64,000 nt of DNA from an uncultured Verrucomicrobiota bacterium (GCA_903845125.1 CAIMWS010000344.1:24290-88289), one strand, 5' to 3'; shown: positions 8,113-18,067, numbered from the stretch's first letter. The notes: generated by a model from the letters alone, not told the origin. Numbers and translations are program-made.

Positions 8113-10392
8113 ATGCAACCCTGGAGTTCGTCCCGCGGATTATGGCTGGCCATCGGCCTGCTGTTGGATTTATCGCTACACGGGCAGACGGCGGGCGGCG
8201 TGAAGAGCGCCATCCGGTTCGACCGTGGGGCGGTCACCAACCCCATCGTGATCACCTGGCCCGCCAGCCCGGGCGCCGCCTACCAGGTGAAAGCCGCGCC
8301 GCAGGCCGATGCCGCCTGGGAAGTGGTGACCCCGGCGCCTTTGTTGGCCGCCTCCAACCTCTGGGCCTGGCGGGACGCCGCGGGCCAGCGCGCGCGGTTT
8401 TACCAGGTGGTGAGGTTGGGCGCGGAGGCGGAATTGAACGGCCGGGTCACCGACGCTGTCACCGGCCTGCCGTTGGCCGGAGTGGCCGTGGAGGCCGGTG
8501 GCCTCAGCGCGGCGACGGATGGGGCCGGATACTACACGCTCAATGGGTTGAGCGCCGGCGCGGTGCTGGCCGATTTCAGCGCGGATGCCACCGCCGGCAA
8601 AGCACCCCTCGCCGTTCGTTTCCATAGTTTGGCGCGGGTGAATCCGCAGGCGGTCACCGTGCGGGGATTCCGGCCGGGCTTCCTGGCCTACACCAACACC
8701 CAGGTGCAGCTGGCGGGCTGCGTGCCGACGCGGCTGGATTTCTCACTCTCCCCCTCCGATGTGGGCGGGTTGCGACTGGTGCTCAACTGGGATGCCAACC
8801 CCAGGGATCTGGACGCGCATTTGGTCACGCCGGCCATCGAAGGGACCGCCTGGGAGGTTTCCTACCAGGCCGGCCAGCGGGGGCGGACCAACGCTCCGCC
8901 CTATGCGCAGTTGGATGTGGACCGCAAGGATGGCTTCGGGCCCGAGACGATCACCGTCGCGCGCCGGTTCCCCGGGACCTACCGATTTTACGTCCACAAT
9001 TTCACAGAAGAGCAGGGGGACTCCGGCCGGCTGCGGGATTCCAAGGCGGTGGTGCAGATCTACGGAGACCAGGGATTGCTGCAGACGCTGCACGTGCCCA
9101 CCACGGGGGAAGGGGAGTATTGGGACGTGTGCGCGATCGACGGTGTGACCGGCCGGATCACGGCGCAGGACCGGATTGTGGGGGCCCGGCCCAGTGCGGC
9201 GGGTGCCGCGGGCCGCGGGCGCACCCTCCGGGCCGCCTCCAGTCCGCCGCCCGTGGGCTGTCAGTGGGATTTTGGCGATGGCACGGTGAGCCAGGAGGAG
9301 AATCCGGTGAAAGTGTATGTGCAGCCCGGGGTGTATGCCGTGCAGTTGACGGCGAGCCTGGCCGGGTTTGCCAGCGGAGTGGAAAAGAAGGCGGGCTACA
9401 TCACGGTGTGGTCCCCGCCGGTAATCACCCGGCAACCGGCGGACCAAACGGTGGCTCAGGGAACCAGCGCCACCTTCACGGTGGCGGCCAGCGGGACGGC
9501 CCCGCTGTCGTATCAGTGGCGCAAAGCGGGAGTGGATCTGCCCGGGCAAACCGGCGCGTCGCTGGTTCTGGCCCAGGTGCAGCCGGCTGACGCGGGGGAT
9601 TATACCGTGGCCGTGAGCAATGCGGCGGGGGGGGCGCTGAGCCAGCCCGCCACGTTGACGGTCCAAACGGAGCCGGCGGCGCAGGTTCCCGGCATGGTAT
9701 GGATTCCGGCGGGCACGTTTACGATGGGCAGCCCGGCCACGGATCTGGATCGCTGGTCCGATGAAGGGCCCCAAACCGTGGTGACCTTGAGGCGGGGTTT
9801 TTGGATGGCGAAGTGTGAGACGACGCGGGCCGAGTACCTGTCCGTGATGGGGAGCAATCCCTCCCATTTCACCGGGGATTCGCAGCGGCCCGTGGAGCAG
9901 GTGAGCTGGCTGGACGCCACCAATTACTGCGGGAGGCTGACGGAGCTGGAGCGGGCTGCCGGGCGGCTGCCGGCCGGCTATGTTTACCGGCTGCCCACGG
10001 AGGTGGAATGGGAGTTCGCCTGCCGGGCGGGGGCTGCCACGCGGTTCAGCTATGGGGATGATCCCAATTATGTCAGCCTGGGGGACCATGCCTGGTGTTC
10101 GGAAAATAGCGGCGGCAAAACGCATCCCACGGGACAGAAACTGCCCAATGCCTGGGGCTTGTACGATATGCAGGGGAACGTATGGGAGTGGTGCCAGGAC
10201 TGGTATGCGGATGCCCTGCCGGGCGGGAGTGTGGTTGATCCACCAGGCCCGAATGCGGGTGCGGAGCGCGTGAATCGCGGGGGCAGTTGGAACGACCGTG
10301 GCCGGCACTCCCGGGCGGCGAACCGCAGCAGCTACTGGCCCGAAGCCCGGTTCAGCTTCCTCGGTTTCCGGCCGGTTCTGGCCCAGCCGTGA
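8113..10392 (+). CDS. large secreted multidomain protein ending in an FGE-sulfatase (formylglycine-generating-enzyme-like) domain
   Basis: Signal-like MQPWSSSRGLWLAIGLLLDLSLHG from ATG 8113. Domains in order:
- W...RFYQVVRL module;
- carboxypeptidase-regulatory-like segment (GRVTDAVTGLPLAGVAV);
- YfaP/DUF2135-like segment (LVLNWDANPRDLDAHL...DRKDGFGPE);
- PKD (CQWDFGDGTVSQ);
- Ig I-set (PADAGDYTVAVSNAAG);
- FGE domain (MVWIPAGTFTMGS...GNVWEWCQDWY...RGGSW). Confidence 0.85.
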   Translation: MQPWSSSRGLWLAIGLLLDLSLHGQTAGGVKSAIRFDRGAVTNPIVITWPASPGAAYQVKAAPQADAAWEVVTPAPLLAASNLWAWRDAAGQRARFYQVVRLGAEAELNGRVTDAVTGLPLAGVAVEAGGLSAATDGAGYYTLNGLSAGAVLADFSADATAGKAPLAVRFHSLARVNPQAVTVRGFRPGFLAYTNTQVQLAGCVPTRLDFSLSPSDVGGLRLVLNWDANPRDLDAHLVTPAIEGTAWEVSYQAGQRGRTNAPPYAQLDVDRKDGFGPETITVARRFPGTYRFYVHNFTEEQGDSGRLRDSKAVVQIYGDQGLLQTLHVPTTGEGEYWDVCAIDGVTGRITAQDRIVGARPSAAGAAGRGRTLRAASSPPPVGCQWDFGDGTVSQEENPVKVYVQPGVYAVQLTASLAGFASGVEKKAGYITVWSPPVITRQPADQTVAQGTSATFTVAASGTAPLSYQWRKAGVDLPGQTGASLVLAQVQPADAGDYTVAVSNAAGGALSQPATLTVQTEPAAQVPGMVWIPAGTFTMGSPATDLDRWSDEGPQTVVTLRRGFWMAKCETTRAEYLSVMGSNPSHFTGDSQRPVEQVSWLDATNYCGRLTELERAAGRLPAGYVYRLPTEVEWEFACRAGAATRFSYGDDPNYVSLGDHAWCSENSGGKTHPTGQKLPNAWGLYDMQGNVWEWCQDWYADALPGGSVVDPPGPNAGAERVNRGGSWNDRGRHSRAANRSSYWPEARFSFLGFRPVLAQP

Positions 10393-10511
10393 GCCTTGGC
10401 CTCCGGAACCGCCCATGACGAGCAGCGGCCAGGCCGGTGATTTCTGGATGGCTAATTGCTTTACGCGGCCTGGGAGTTTGGCTAGGTTGCCGTCCCGTAC
10501 GGGCAGAAGGA

Positions 10512-11120
10512 ATGTTCAAGCTCATAAAAAAGTTGATTGCGTGCGTGGTCTTGCTGGTGCTGGGGGCCGTCGGGTATTATTACCTCCGGCAGGCCGACAA
10601 CCGGCGCTGGCTCATGCAGAAGTATGTCGAAGCCAGGGAGCAGCTGCAGACGGGCGAAAAAAAGTATGCCTGGACCGGTTCGGTGGTGATCCTCGAGTTG
10701 GTCAAAGGGGACACTCTGGTGGTCCGCACCGAGCAGCATCCCCGGGTTACGGTGCGGCTGGCGGGGGTGGATGCACCGGAGTTTTCCGTCCAGCCCCGGG
10801 GCAAGGACCAACCCCTCGCTGAGGACAGCAAAAAATTCACCTCCCAACTGGCGCTCAACCAGAGCGGGACGATGGCGATTGTGACCACGGATCATCTCAA
10901 GCGGCCGGTGGTCGTCCTTTGGCTGGGGGAAACGATGGTCAATGCGCGGCTCGTGGAGGAAGGCCTGGCTGAGTATTACGAGGAGTTCGCCTCCGATCTG
11001 CCCGCCAAGATCCGCCATGCCTTGATCAACGCCCAAATCCGCGCCCAGGAAAAACGCCGGGGTATTTGGGGATTGGAGAACTACCAGCGGCCGTCGGATT
11101 TCCGCCTGCGGAAAAGTTGA
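10512..11120 (+). CDS. membrane-anchored staphylococcal-nuclease-like (thermonuclease) protein
   Basis: ATG 10512 gives MFKLIKKLIACVVLLVLGAVGYYYL (TM anchor). SNase hallmark is VRLAGVDAPE, with C-terminal ...AQIRAQEKRRGIWG. Confidence 0.8.
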   Translation: MFKLIKKLIACVVLLVLGAVGYYYLRQADNRRWLMQKYVEAREQLQTGEKKYAWTGSVVILELVKGDTLVVRTEQHPRVTVRLAGVDAPEFSVQPRGKDQPLAEDSKKFTSQLALNQSGTMAIVTTDHLKRPVVVLWLGETMVNARLVEEGLAEYYEEFASDLPAKIRHALINAQIRAQEKRRGIWGLENYQRPSDFRLRKS

Positions 11121-11413
11121 AGCCCGGGCCCGCCGGCCGGAAAAACGCCTTAACGCCCCTCAAGGGGCTCAGTTGTTTTAACGCCGTCGTATTAGGCTGG
11201 CCATTGCTCCGGAAAACGCGTGCGTGACTTTACCCGGCCAGGTTCGACCATGGGCAATTTAACCAGCGTTGATCCGGACCCGGAATGCCCAACCATTGGC
11301 CAAAGTGCTCCCGGCATGGTCTGGTGGTGCGCAAGGATTGATCACCCAGCCGCTCGAATTGGATGCCCCATGGGGTGGTTCAAGGGAATACCTGCCATGA
11401 GCCGCCCGGCGGC

Positions 11414-12757
11414 TCAGCTTTCCTCCGCCCGCCGGTAGGCTTCCGCCAGGAGGGTCACCGGGTGGGCCACGCGCACCTGGAGTTTCCGGGCGCGGGCGCC
11501 GTTGATGAGCTGGAGCAGGCAGCCGGAATTCCCGTTGGCCACCACGGTGGCGCGGGTGGCTTCGATGTTTTTCATCTTCCGATCCTGCAGCACATTGGCC
11601 ATCTCCGGCTGCACGATGTTGTAGATGCCCGCGCTGCCGCAGCACCAGTTGCTTTCCGCCAGCTCCACCAGCTTCAGCTTCGGGATGGCCAGCAGGACTT
11701 TCCGCGGCTGGCTCACCACTTTCTGCCCGTGGCAGAGGTGGCACGATTCGTGGTAGGTCACCACCTGCTCGCAGGCGTTGCGGCTGGGCACCGGCTGGAT
11801 GCCGATTTCGACCAGCCACTCGTGGATGTCCTTGAGCCGGGCATCCCAAAGCCGGGCGCGTTCGTGGTAAACGGGATCATCCTTGAGCAGTTGGTGGTAA
11901 TGCTTCAGGTGGGAGCCACAGCCGCCGGCATTGCTGATGATGGCGTCGAATTGGTCCGGCGGGAACTGGTCCAGCTGGCGCCGCGCCAGCTCTTTGGCCA
12001 GCTCCCATTCGCCATTGTGGCCATGCAGCGAGCCGCAGCAGGATTGGCGGGGCGGGGTGAAGACCTCGCACCCATTGCGGGCCAGCACTTCCACGGTGTC
12101 GCGGTTGATCTCGCTGAAAATCAAATCCTGCGCGCAACCCGTCAACACGGCCACCCGGTATTGGCGCTTCCCCAGGGCGGGGGTGACCGGCTGGATGAGG
12201 TCTGCGGAAAACTTCCGAGGGATGTCCGGGGTCATGGCCTCCAGCTCCCGCAGGCGCTTGGGGAACAGCCGCAACACCCCGCTGATGCGCACCAGCTTCT
12301 GCAGGCCCAGCCGTTGGTAAAGCCGCAGGCAACGCCCCGCCAGCAGGAGCCGGCGCAAGTCCATGAACAGCCATTTGACCGTCAGCCAGCGGATGAACCG
12401 GCGTTTGGGCGAGCGCAGCAATTGGCTGCGCTCCGCCTCGGCCCGGGCTTGCTCGAAGATCTCGGCGTAATTCACCCCGGCCGGGCAGGCGCTCGTGCAG
12501 GCCAGGCAGCCCAGGCAGAAATACATCTCCTCGGCAAACTCCCGGTTCAGAGGCATCTGGCCGTCCATGATGGCCCGCACCAGGGAAATGCGGCCCCGGG
12601 GGCTGTTGCGCTCCAGCTTGGTGGCGGTATAAGTGGGGCAGGTGGGCAGGCACAGCCCGCAATGCATGCATTGCTGGACGGTGGCATAATCCAGATCCTT
12701 CCAGCCTTTGGCCGGAGCGGGTGCGCTGCCGGGGGCCGGCTGGGCATCGCTTACCAT
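11414..12757 (-). CDS. GlcF-like (Fe-S)-binding oxidoreductase with two 4Fe-4S motifs and two CCG domains
   Basis: ATG 12757 gives MVSDAQ.... Motifs are CMHCGLCLPTCPTY and CLGCLACTSACPAG, then CCG-type segments (SCCGSLHG..., NWCCGSAGIYN). This architecture matches the glycolate oxidase iron-sulfur subunit and HdrD-like proteins. The upstream 79 codons of the track ORF look non-coding. Confidence 0.85.
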   Translation of the reverse strand: MVSDAQPAPGSAPAPAKGWKDLDYATVQQCMHCGLCLPTCPTYTATKLERNSPRGRISLVRAIMDGQMPLNREFAEEMYFCLGCLACTSACPAGVNYAEIFEQARAEAERSQLLRSPKRRFIRWLTVKWLFMDLRRLLLAGRCLRLYQRLGLQKLVRISGVLRLFPKRLRELEAMTPDIPRKFSADLIQPVTPALGKRQYRVAVLTGCAQDLIFSEINRDTVEVLARNGCEVFTPPRQSCCGSLHGHNGEWELAKELARRQLDQFPPDQFDAIISNAGGCGSHLKHYHQLLKDDPVYHERARLWDARLKDIHEWLVEIGIQPVPSRNACEQVVTYHESCHLCHGQKVVSQPRKVLLAIPKLKLVELAESNWCCGSAGIYNIVQPEMANVLQDRKMKNIEATRATVVANGNSGCLLQLINGARARKLQVRVAHPVTLLAEAYRRAEES

Positions 12758-12979
12758 ATCCGCCTGTCGTTCGGGTACACTCGTTTCATTCGCTTTCCTT
12801 ATGGTAGCCCCCACCCCCGGCGGGGCAAGGGCAATTTCGCCTCTGGAGGATCCACGCCTGGGCACCGCCGGCGCGATGCCTGGCGCCTGCTCCGTTGAAA
12901 AGGGTGCCTGCGCGCCACCGCGGCGCTCCCTGCAATGGGGTTTGCGGCCGGCGCCCATTCCTGCCAGGCTGGTTGCCAT

Positions 12980-13405
12980 ATGAAGGCGCGCCAACGCAAA
13001 TCATGGGAAGAAACCGCATTGATCCTCGCCGAAACCATTGCCGATTGCCGGTCCCAGGATCCCTATCTACAGGTGGGTGCGTGCGCGGTTTTGACCGATG
13101 ATTCGGTCTGCCTGGGCTACAATGGCCCGCCGCCCAAGGTGGAGATCGACTGGTCGGACCGCGAGCGGCGCGGGGCGCGGATCATCCACGCCGAGGTGAA
13201 CGCCTTGCGCGCCGTCAAGCCGGGCCAGTGCAAATTCCTGGCGGTTACCCATCTGCCCTGCCGCCACTGCATGACCTTCATCGCCTCCAAGGGTATTCGC
13301 CGGATCGTTTTCCGCCAGATCTACGAGCGCGACACGCTTGCCTTCGAGCTGGCCCAGGAATTCGGCATTCAGCTGGTCCAGATTCCCGGCGGGCAGCCGG
13401 CCTGA
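12980..13405 (+). CDS. cytidine/deoxycytidylate (dCMP) deaminase family protein
   Basis: ATG 12980 gives MKARQRKSWEETALILAE.... Zinc-binding motifs are HAEVNAL and PCRHC. Confidence 0.8.
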   Translation: MKARQRKSWEETALILAETIADCRSQDPYLQVGACAVLTDDSVCLGYNGPPPKVEIDWSDRERRGARIIHAEVNALRAVKPGQCKFLAVTHLPCRHCMTFIASKGIRRIVFRQIYERDTLAFELAQEFGIQLVQIPGGQPA

Positions 13406-13535
13406 CCGTACGTTCCATCCTGGCTTTGGTTGAAACCCATGCGGCCGTCGCCGGCCGCTCCGCGGCCAAACCTCCCCTTGCCGAGGCACGCAGCCCCCAG
13501 CACCACGCCGGCCGGGAATGGCCAGTGCCGCAGGT

Positions 13536-14516
13536 TCATGGGTGGACCCCGTTCACGACATTTTCCAGGGGTTCGCCCAGCACCGCCCCGCGGGCGATCC
13601 GGGCGGCGGTGGAGCGCATTTCCGCGATCGATTCCACGCTGCAAAAGGCCGCGTGGCAGGTGACGATCAAGTTCGGGGTGGCGGCCTCCTCCGCGGTTTG
13701 CAGCGGCTCGTCCTCCACCACATCCAGGCCCGCGCCGCCCAGGCGGTTTTCCCGCAGGGCGGCCAGGATGGCCGTTTTCTTGATGATGGCGCCCCGGGCG
13801 GTGTTGACCAGGTAGGCCGTTGGTTTCATCAGGCTCAATTCCCGCTCGGCGATCAAATGGCGGGTCTCCTCGTTCAGCGGGCAGTGGAGGGACACCACGT
13901 CCGCCGTTTGCAGCAGTTCGGGGAGGGTGCGGCAGCGGGCGATGCCCAGGGCTTTGTGCACGCCGTTGGCCAGGTAAGGATCGTAAAACGTCACTTTGAA
14001 ACCGAGGGCCTTGGCCCGCAGTGCCACCGCCGTGCCGATGCGGCCGAGGCCCACCACCCCGAACACCAGCTCCCGCAGCCGCCGGATTTTCGGGGCCACC
14101 CGGATGAGCCAGCCCAGCTTTTTGGCCTCCTCGTTCAGCGGGAACAGCTGGCGGCACAACGCCAAAGCCAGGGCCAGGGCGTGGTCCGCCACCTCCTCGG
14201 TGCCGTAGTCCGGCACGTTGCACACGGCGATGCCCAGGCGGGCGGCGGCGGCGATATCCACCGAATCGAAACCCACCCCGTTGCGCACGATGGCCCGGCA
14301 TTGCCGGAGCGTGCCAATGCCCGCCGCCGTGATGGGGAAATTCTGCCAGGCGATGAGGGCTGTGGCCTGGCGCACCTGCTCGTTGAAATCCGCGTCGCTA
14401 TGGCACCAAAAGCTCTCCACTTCGGCCGCCTCCCCGATGATTTCCTTCTCGATCCGGGCTTCCGGATCGCTGCGCGGGGATACCGCCCAATCCAATATGC
14501 AAATCTTAGGTTTCAT
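13536..14516 (-). CDS. D-isomer-specific 2-hydroxyacid dehydrogenase (CtBP-like), NAD-binding
   Basis: 326-aa ORF. It has the Rossmann motif GVVGLGRIGTAVALRA and a catalytic-region pattern ...VNTARGAIIK...GAGLDVVEDEP. Confidence 0.85.
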   Translation of the reverse strand: MKPKICILDWAVSPRSDPEARIEKEIIGEAAEVESFWCHSDADFNEQVRQATALIAWQNFPITAAGIGTLRQCRAIVRNGVGFDSVDIAAAARLGIAVCNVPDYGTEEVADHALALALALCRQLFPLNEEAKKLGWLIRVAPKIRRLRELVFGVVGLGRIGTAVALRAKALGFKVTFYDPYLANGVHKALGIARCRTLPELLQTADVVSLHCPLNEETRHLIAERELSLMKPTAYLVNTARGAIIKKTAILAALRENRLGGAGLDVVEDEPLQTAEEAATPNLIVTCHAAFCSVESIAEMRSTAARIARGAVLGEPLENVVNGVHP

Positions 14517-14686
14517 GCTTTTACGCGACGGTCATTTTTGCTGATCCAGCGCCGTTTTGGCAAGGTCCGCCTTCATCCGCCAGCGCCGTCGCCCGGGGTG
14601 GTCTGCCGCACCGGATAGCCGCCGCCTTGCCGCGGATCATTTTCTGGTTGCCCGCCCGGAACCGGCGCACTAGGGTTTGGGAAATT

Positions 14687-16042
14687 ATGAAAGAGCATCT
14701 CACACGGCGTCGCTTCATTCACCAAACCGCGGCGGGATCCGCCGCGCTCACCTTGCTGGGCACTGGGATGGCTCCCATGGCCACGGCGGCCGAGGCATCC
14801 AAACCCGCTTTGTTGGGGGGCGCCCCGGTGCATCAGGGAGGCTGGCCCGGTTGGCCGGTCTGGCGCGAAACCTGGGAACCGGCGGTGCTGGAGGTGTTGC
14901 GCAGCGGCCGCTGGTTCCGGGGCAGCGGCGAGCACGTGGCGGAGTTCGAGCTGGCCTACGCCCAGCTGCTGGGCGCCCGGCGCTGCCTGGCCACGGCCAG
15001 CGGCACCACCGCCCTGCTGGTCGCCCTGCAGGTCATGGACGTGGACGCCGGGGACGAGGTCATTGTGTCGCCTTTTACGTTCATCGCCACCTACAATGCC
15101 ATCCTGAACCAAAGAGCCCTCCCGGTTTTCGCCGATACCGATCCGGCCACCCTGACCATCGACCCCGCCACCATCGAAAGCCGGATCACGGAGCGGACGC
15201 GCGCCATCCTGCCGGTGCATATCTACGGCATGCCGTGTGACATGGATCCCATCAACGCGATCGCCAAAAAGCATGGTTTCGCGGTGATTGAGGACGCCTG
15301 CCAGGCCTGGCTGGCTGAGTATAAAGGCCGCAAATGCGGCACGCTGGGCGATCTGGGCTGCTTCAGCTTCCAGAATTCCAAGCACCTGCCCTCCGGGGAA
15401 GGGGGCGCCGTCACCGGGAACAGCGATGACCTGGTGGACCGCTGCCAGGCTTTCCACAATTGCGGCCGCGCTTTCGGTAATTTCAAGGGCAGCGGCAGCT
15501 TCACCCGCGGCAGCAATTTCCGCATGCAGCAGTTCCAGGCGGTCATCCTCCTGCAGCAGTTCGAAAAGCTCACGCGCGAAACTGCGGTGCGGCGGGAGAA
15601 CGCCGAACTCCTCGGGGCCGGTCTGCGGCAGATCCCCGGCATCCAGCCCGCCCGGCTGCCCGAAAACAGCCGCGCGGTCTGGCACCTGTATCCCCTCCGC
15701 TACGACGCCAGCCAATTCCATGGCCTCACGCGTGACCAATTTGTCCGGGCTCTCAATGCCGAGGGCATCCCCTGCGGCGGTGGCTATACCGAGCAGTATA
15801 ACGACGGGTTGCTGGATGAAGCCATCCACTCGCGCGGATTCAAGCGGCTCTTCAGCGAGGCCCGGCTCAAGGCCTACCGGGAAAGTTTCCGGGAGCTTAA
15901 GGGCAACCGCCAGGTCTGCGCCAACACGGTCGGCATGAGCCAGAACCTGCTGCTGGCCGGCCGCGCTGAGGTCAACCACATCGTCGAGGCCATTGGGAAA
16001 ATCCAAGCCCACAGCGAAGCTCTGGCCAAGGCGGCCCGATAA
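14687..16042 (+). CDS. DegT/DnrJ/EryC1/StrS-family PLP aminotransferase with N-terminal twin-arginine (Tat) signal
   Basis: ATG 14687 gives MKEHLTRRRFIHQTAAGSAALTLLGTGMAPMATAAEA (T-R-R-x-F motif plus h-region plus AxA). The DegT core includes ATASGTTALLVAL, DEVIVSPFTFIAT and FSFQNSKHLPSGEGG (PLP lysine region). Confidence 0.85.
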   Translation: MKEHLTRRRFIHQTAAGSAALTLLGTGMAPMATAAEASKPALLGGAPVHQGGWPGWPVWRETWEPAVLEVLRSGRWFRGSGEHVAEFELAYAQLLGARRCLATASGTTALLVALQVMDVDAGDEVIVSPFTFIATYNAILNQRALPVFADTDPATLTIDPATIESRITERTRAILPVHIYGMPCDMDPINAIAKKHGFAVIEDACQAWLAEYKGRKCGTLGDLGCFSFQNSKHLPSGEGGAVTGNSDDLVDRCQAFHNCGRAFGNFKGSGSFTRGSNFRMQQFQAVILLQQFEKLTRETAVRRENAELLGAGLRQIPGIQPARLPENSRAVWHLYPLRYDASQFHGLTRDQFVRALNAEGIPCGGGYTEQYNDGLLDEAIHSRGFKRLFSEARLKAYRESFRELKGNRQVCANTVGMSQNLLLAGRAEVNHIVEAIGKIQAHSEALAKAAR

Positions 16043-16053
16043 TCCATAACGGC

Positions 16054-16806
16054 ATGGATTTGGGCTTGCAGGACAAAGTGGTGCTGGTCACCGGCGGCTC
16101 GCGCGGCCTGGGCGCGGTGATTTGCCGCATGTTTGCCGCCGAGGGGGCCCGGGTAGGTGTTAATTACTGTCGCAGCCGGGCCGAGGCCGAGGCCCTGGCC
16201 GGCGGAATCGGCTCCGGCCGGGCGGCCCCCATCCCCGGAGATATCGGCCGGGAGGCGGATATCGCGGCGATCTTCGACCGCCTGGAGCAGGCGCTGGGGC
16301 CGGTGGACGTGCTGGTGAACAACGCCGCCCATTGCCCGGGCGGCCCGCTCGAAAAATATACCCGCGCGGAGTGGGAGCATACCTTTGCGGTCAACGTCAC
16401 CGGGGCCTTCCGGGCGGCGCAGGAGTTCATCCTGCGGCTGCGCGCCCGGCGGGCGCCGGGGTGGATCGTCAATATCGCCTCCACCTCGGCTTTCCTCGGT
16501 TCCACCTCGGGCCATTTGCCCTATGACGCCAGCAAGGGCGCCCTGATCTCCATGACCCACGCCCTGGCCCGGGAAGTGGCAAGGGAAGGCATTCACGTGA
16601 ACTCCGTCGCCCCGGGCATGGTCCTGACCGAGATGGTGGCCAAGGTATGGGAGGCGCGCAAAGAGCAATACCTGGCCCGGATTCCCCTCCACCGCATCGC
16701 GCAGCCGGAGGAGGTCGCCCGGGTGGTGGTTTTCCTCGCCTCGCCTGCCGCCAGCTACATGACCGGCGCCACCGTGGATGTCAGCGGGGGGCTGTTGATG
16801 CATTGA
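16054..16806 (+). CDS. short-chain dehydrogenase/reductase (FabG-like SDR)
   Basis: Contains VLVTGGSRGLG (TGxxxGxG), NNAA, and the YDASKGAL catalytic Y-x3-K. Confidence 0.85.
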   Translation: MDLGLQDKVVLVTGGSRGLGAVICRMFAAEGARVGVNYCRSRAEAEALAGGIGSGRAAPIPGDIGREADIAAIFDRLEQALGPVDVLVNNAAHCPGGPLEKYTRAEWEHTFAVNVTGAFRAAQEFILRLRARRAPGWIVNIASTSAFLGSTSGHLPYDASKGALISMTHALAREVAREGIHVNSVAPGMVLTEMVAKVWEARKEQYLARIPLHRIAQPEEVARVVVFLASPAASYMTGATVDVSGGLLMH

Positions 16807-16999
16807 AGCAAGTAGCAAAATGCCTGGAACTGGGAACTGGCAGCCCCGGCTCCTGGCTCCTTCGCCCGGGCGCCTCGGAAATTCAAGGGGCGGCGGTTTG
16901 AACTTGCCGAGCTGATGGGTTCTGGGCTATTCATAACCCATCAGACAAAAACGGAAAACGTTACCAACTTAAGAGATTAAGGATTCTAAAGATATTGCT

Positions 17000-18067
17000 A
17001 TGAATAAGATGACCCTGTGTTTGGCTGGCTTTTGTGCGGCCGTGGCGGCGGCGGATGTGGTGTCCACCCGGGCGGCTGCCCCCAAGGCGGAGCTGCTGGT
17101 GGCACTGCCGGACTATTGCAACACCCCCGACGGCATGGCGCTGATGAAAGACCGCAGCATTATTGTTTCGGTCCCCAATTTCAACGACGAGACCAAGCCG
17201 CCGGTGCTCATGCGGATCACCCCGGGCAACAAGGCGGAGAAATTTTATGAGTTCGCTACGCCTTTCCCGGGCCTGCCCAAGGGGGTGGACCGCATCGCGC
17301 CCATGGGCATCGTCGCCTCCCCGGCGGGTGATCTCTTCTTCGCCGACATGCAATACATGAAGGACAAGAACCAGAAATCCCGGATGTGGAAGCTGGTGGT
17401 CAAGAACGGCAAGGTCGAGAAAATGGTGCTCGTGGCCAGCGGCTTCAATGTCGCCAACGGCCTCGCCATCCACAGCGGCAACGTCTATATTACGGAGTCC
17501 GTGCTGGAGGAAGGTTCGCAGCCGCTGACGAGCGCCGTGCTGCGGTTCAAGCTCAACGAGGAGGCCGTGGTGCTCAAAACCCCGCTGAAGAATGATCCGC
17601 ACATCGTCACCACCTTCAAAAGCTACAAAACCGACTGGAACTTCGGCGCGGATGGCATTGAATTCGACAGCAAAGGCAACCTGTTTGTAGGCCTGTTCGG
17701 CGACGGCGTGATGCACAAGATCATCTTCAACAAGGACGGCAGCGTGAAGAGCAACGAGGTCTTCACCAAGGCCCCCGGCAAGCTCATCAATTGCGACGGC
17801 ATGCACCGCGACGCCGCCAACAACCTCTACGTGGCCGACTCCGCCGCCAACGCCGTCCAGATCATCCGGCCCAACGGCGCCGTCGATACCCTCTGGCAGA
17901 ACGAGGACGTGAAGGACAAGCTGACCGGCCAGCTCGACCAGCCCTGCGAGGCCCTGGTCCGCGGCAACGAAATCATCGTTTCCAACATGGACTGGCCGTT
18001 CCCCAAATTCAAGAACACCAAGTACCAGCTGCCGGCCACGCTGTCGGTCATCAAGCTCAACAAGTAA
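17000..18067 (+). CDS. secreted SMP-30/gluconolactonase/LRE-like six-bladed beta-propeller protein
   Basis: Signal peptide is MNKMTLCLAGFCAAVAAADV. Repeated blade-like segments are PDGMALMKDRSIIV, PMGIVASPAGDLFFAD, ANGLAIHSGNVYITE, ADGIEFDSKGNLFVG and CDGMHRDAANNLYVAD. Confidence 0.7.
   Translation: MNKMTLCLAGFCAAVAAADVVSTRAAAPKAELLVALPDYCNTPDGMALMKDRSIIVSVPNFNDETKPPVLMRITPGNKAEKFYEFATPFPGLPKGVDRIAPMGIVASPAGDLFFADMQYMKDKNQKSRMWKLVVKNGKVEKMVLVASGFNVANGLAIHSGNVYITESVLEEGSQPLTSAVLRFKLNEEAVVLKTPLKNDPHIVTTFKSYKTDWNFGADGIEFDSKGNLFVGLFGDGVMHKIIFNKDGSVKSNEVFTKAPGKLINCDGMHRDAANNLYVADSAANAVQIIRPNGAVDTLWQNEDVKDKLTGQLDQPCEALVRGNEIIVSNMDWPFPKFKNTKYQLPATLSVIKLNK

Noticed and set aside
7750-8118. 122-aa minus-strand ORF opposite the polyproline mini-ORF
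   Set aside because: It is the mirror image of CCG/CCA repeats (Gly/Ala/Arg-rich). It has no start context and runs through the terminator-like hairpin.
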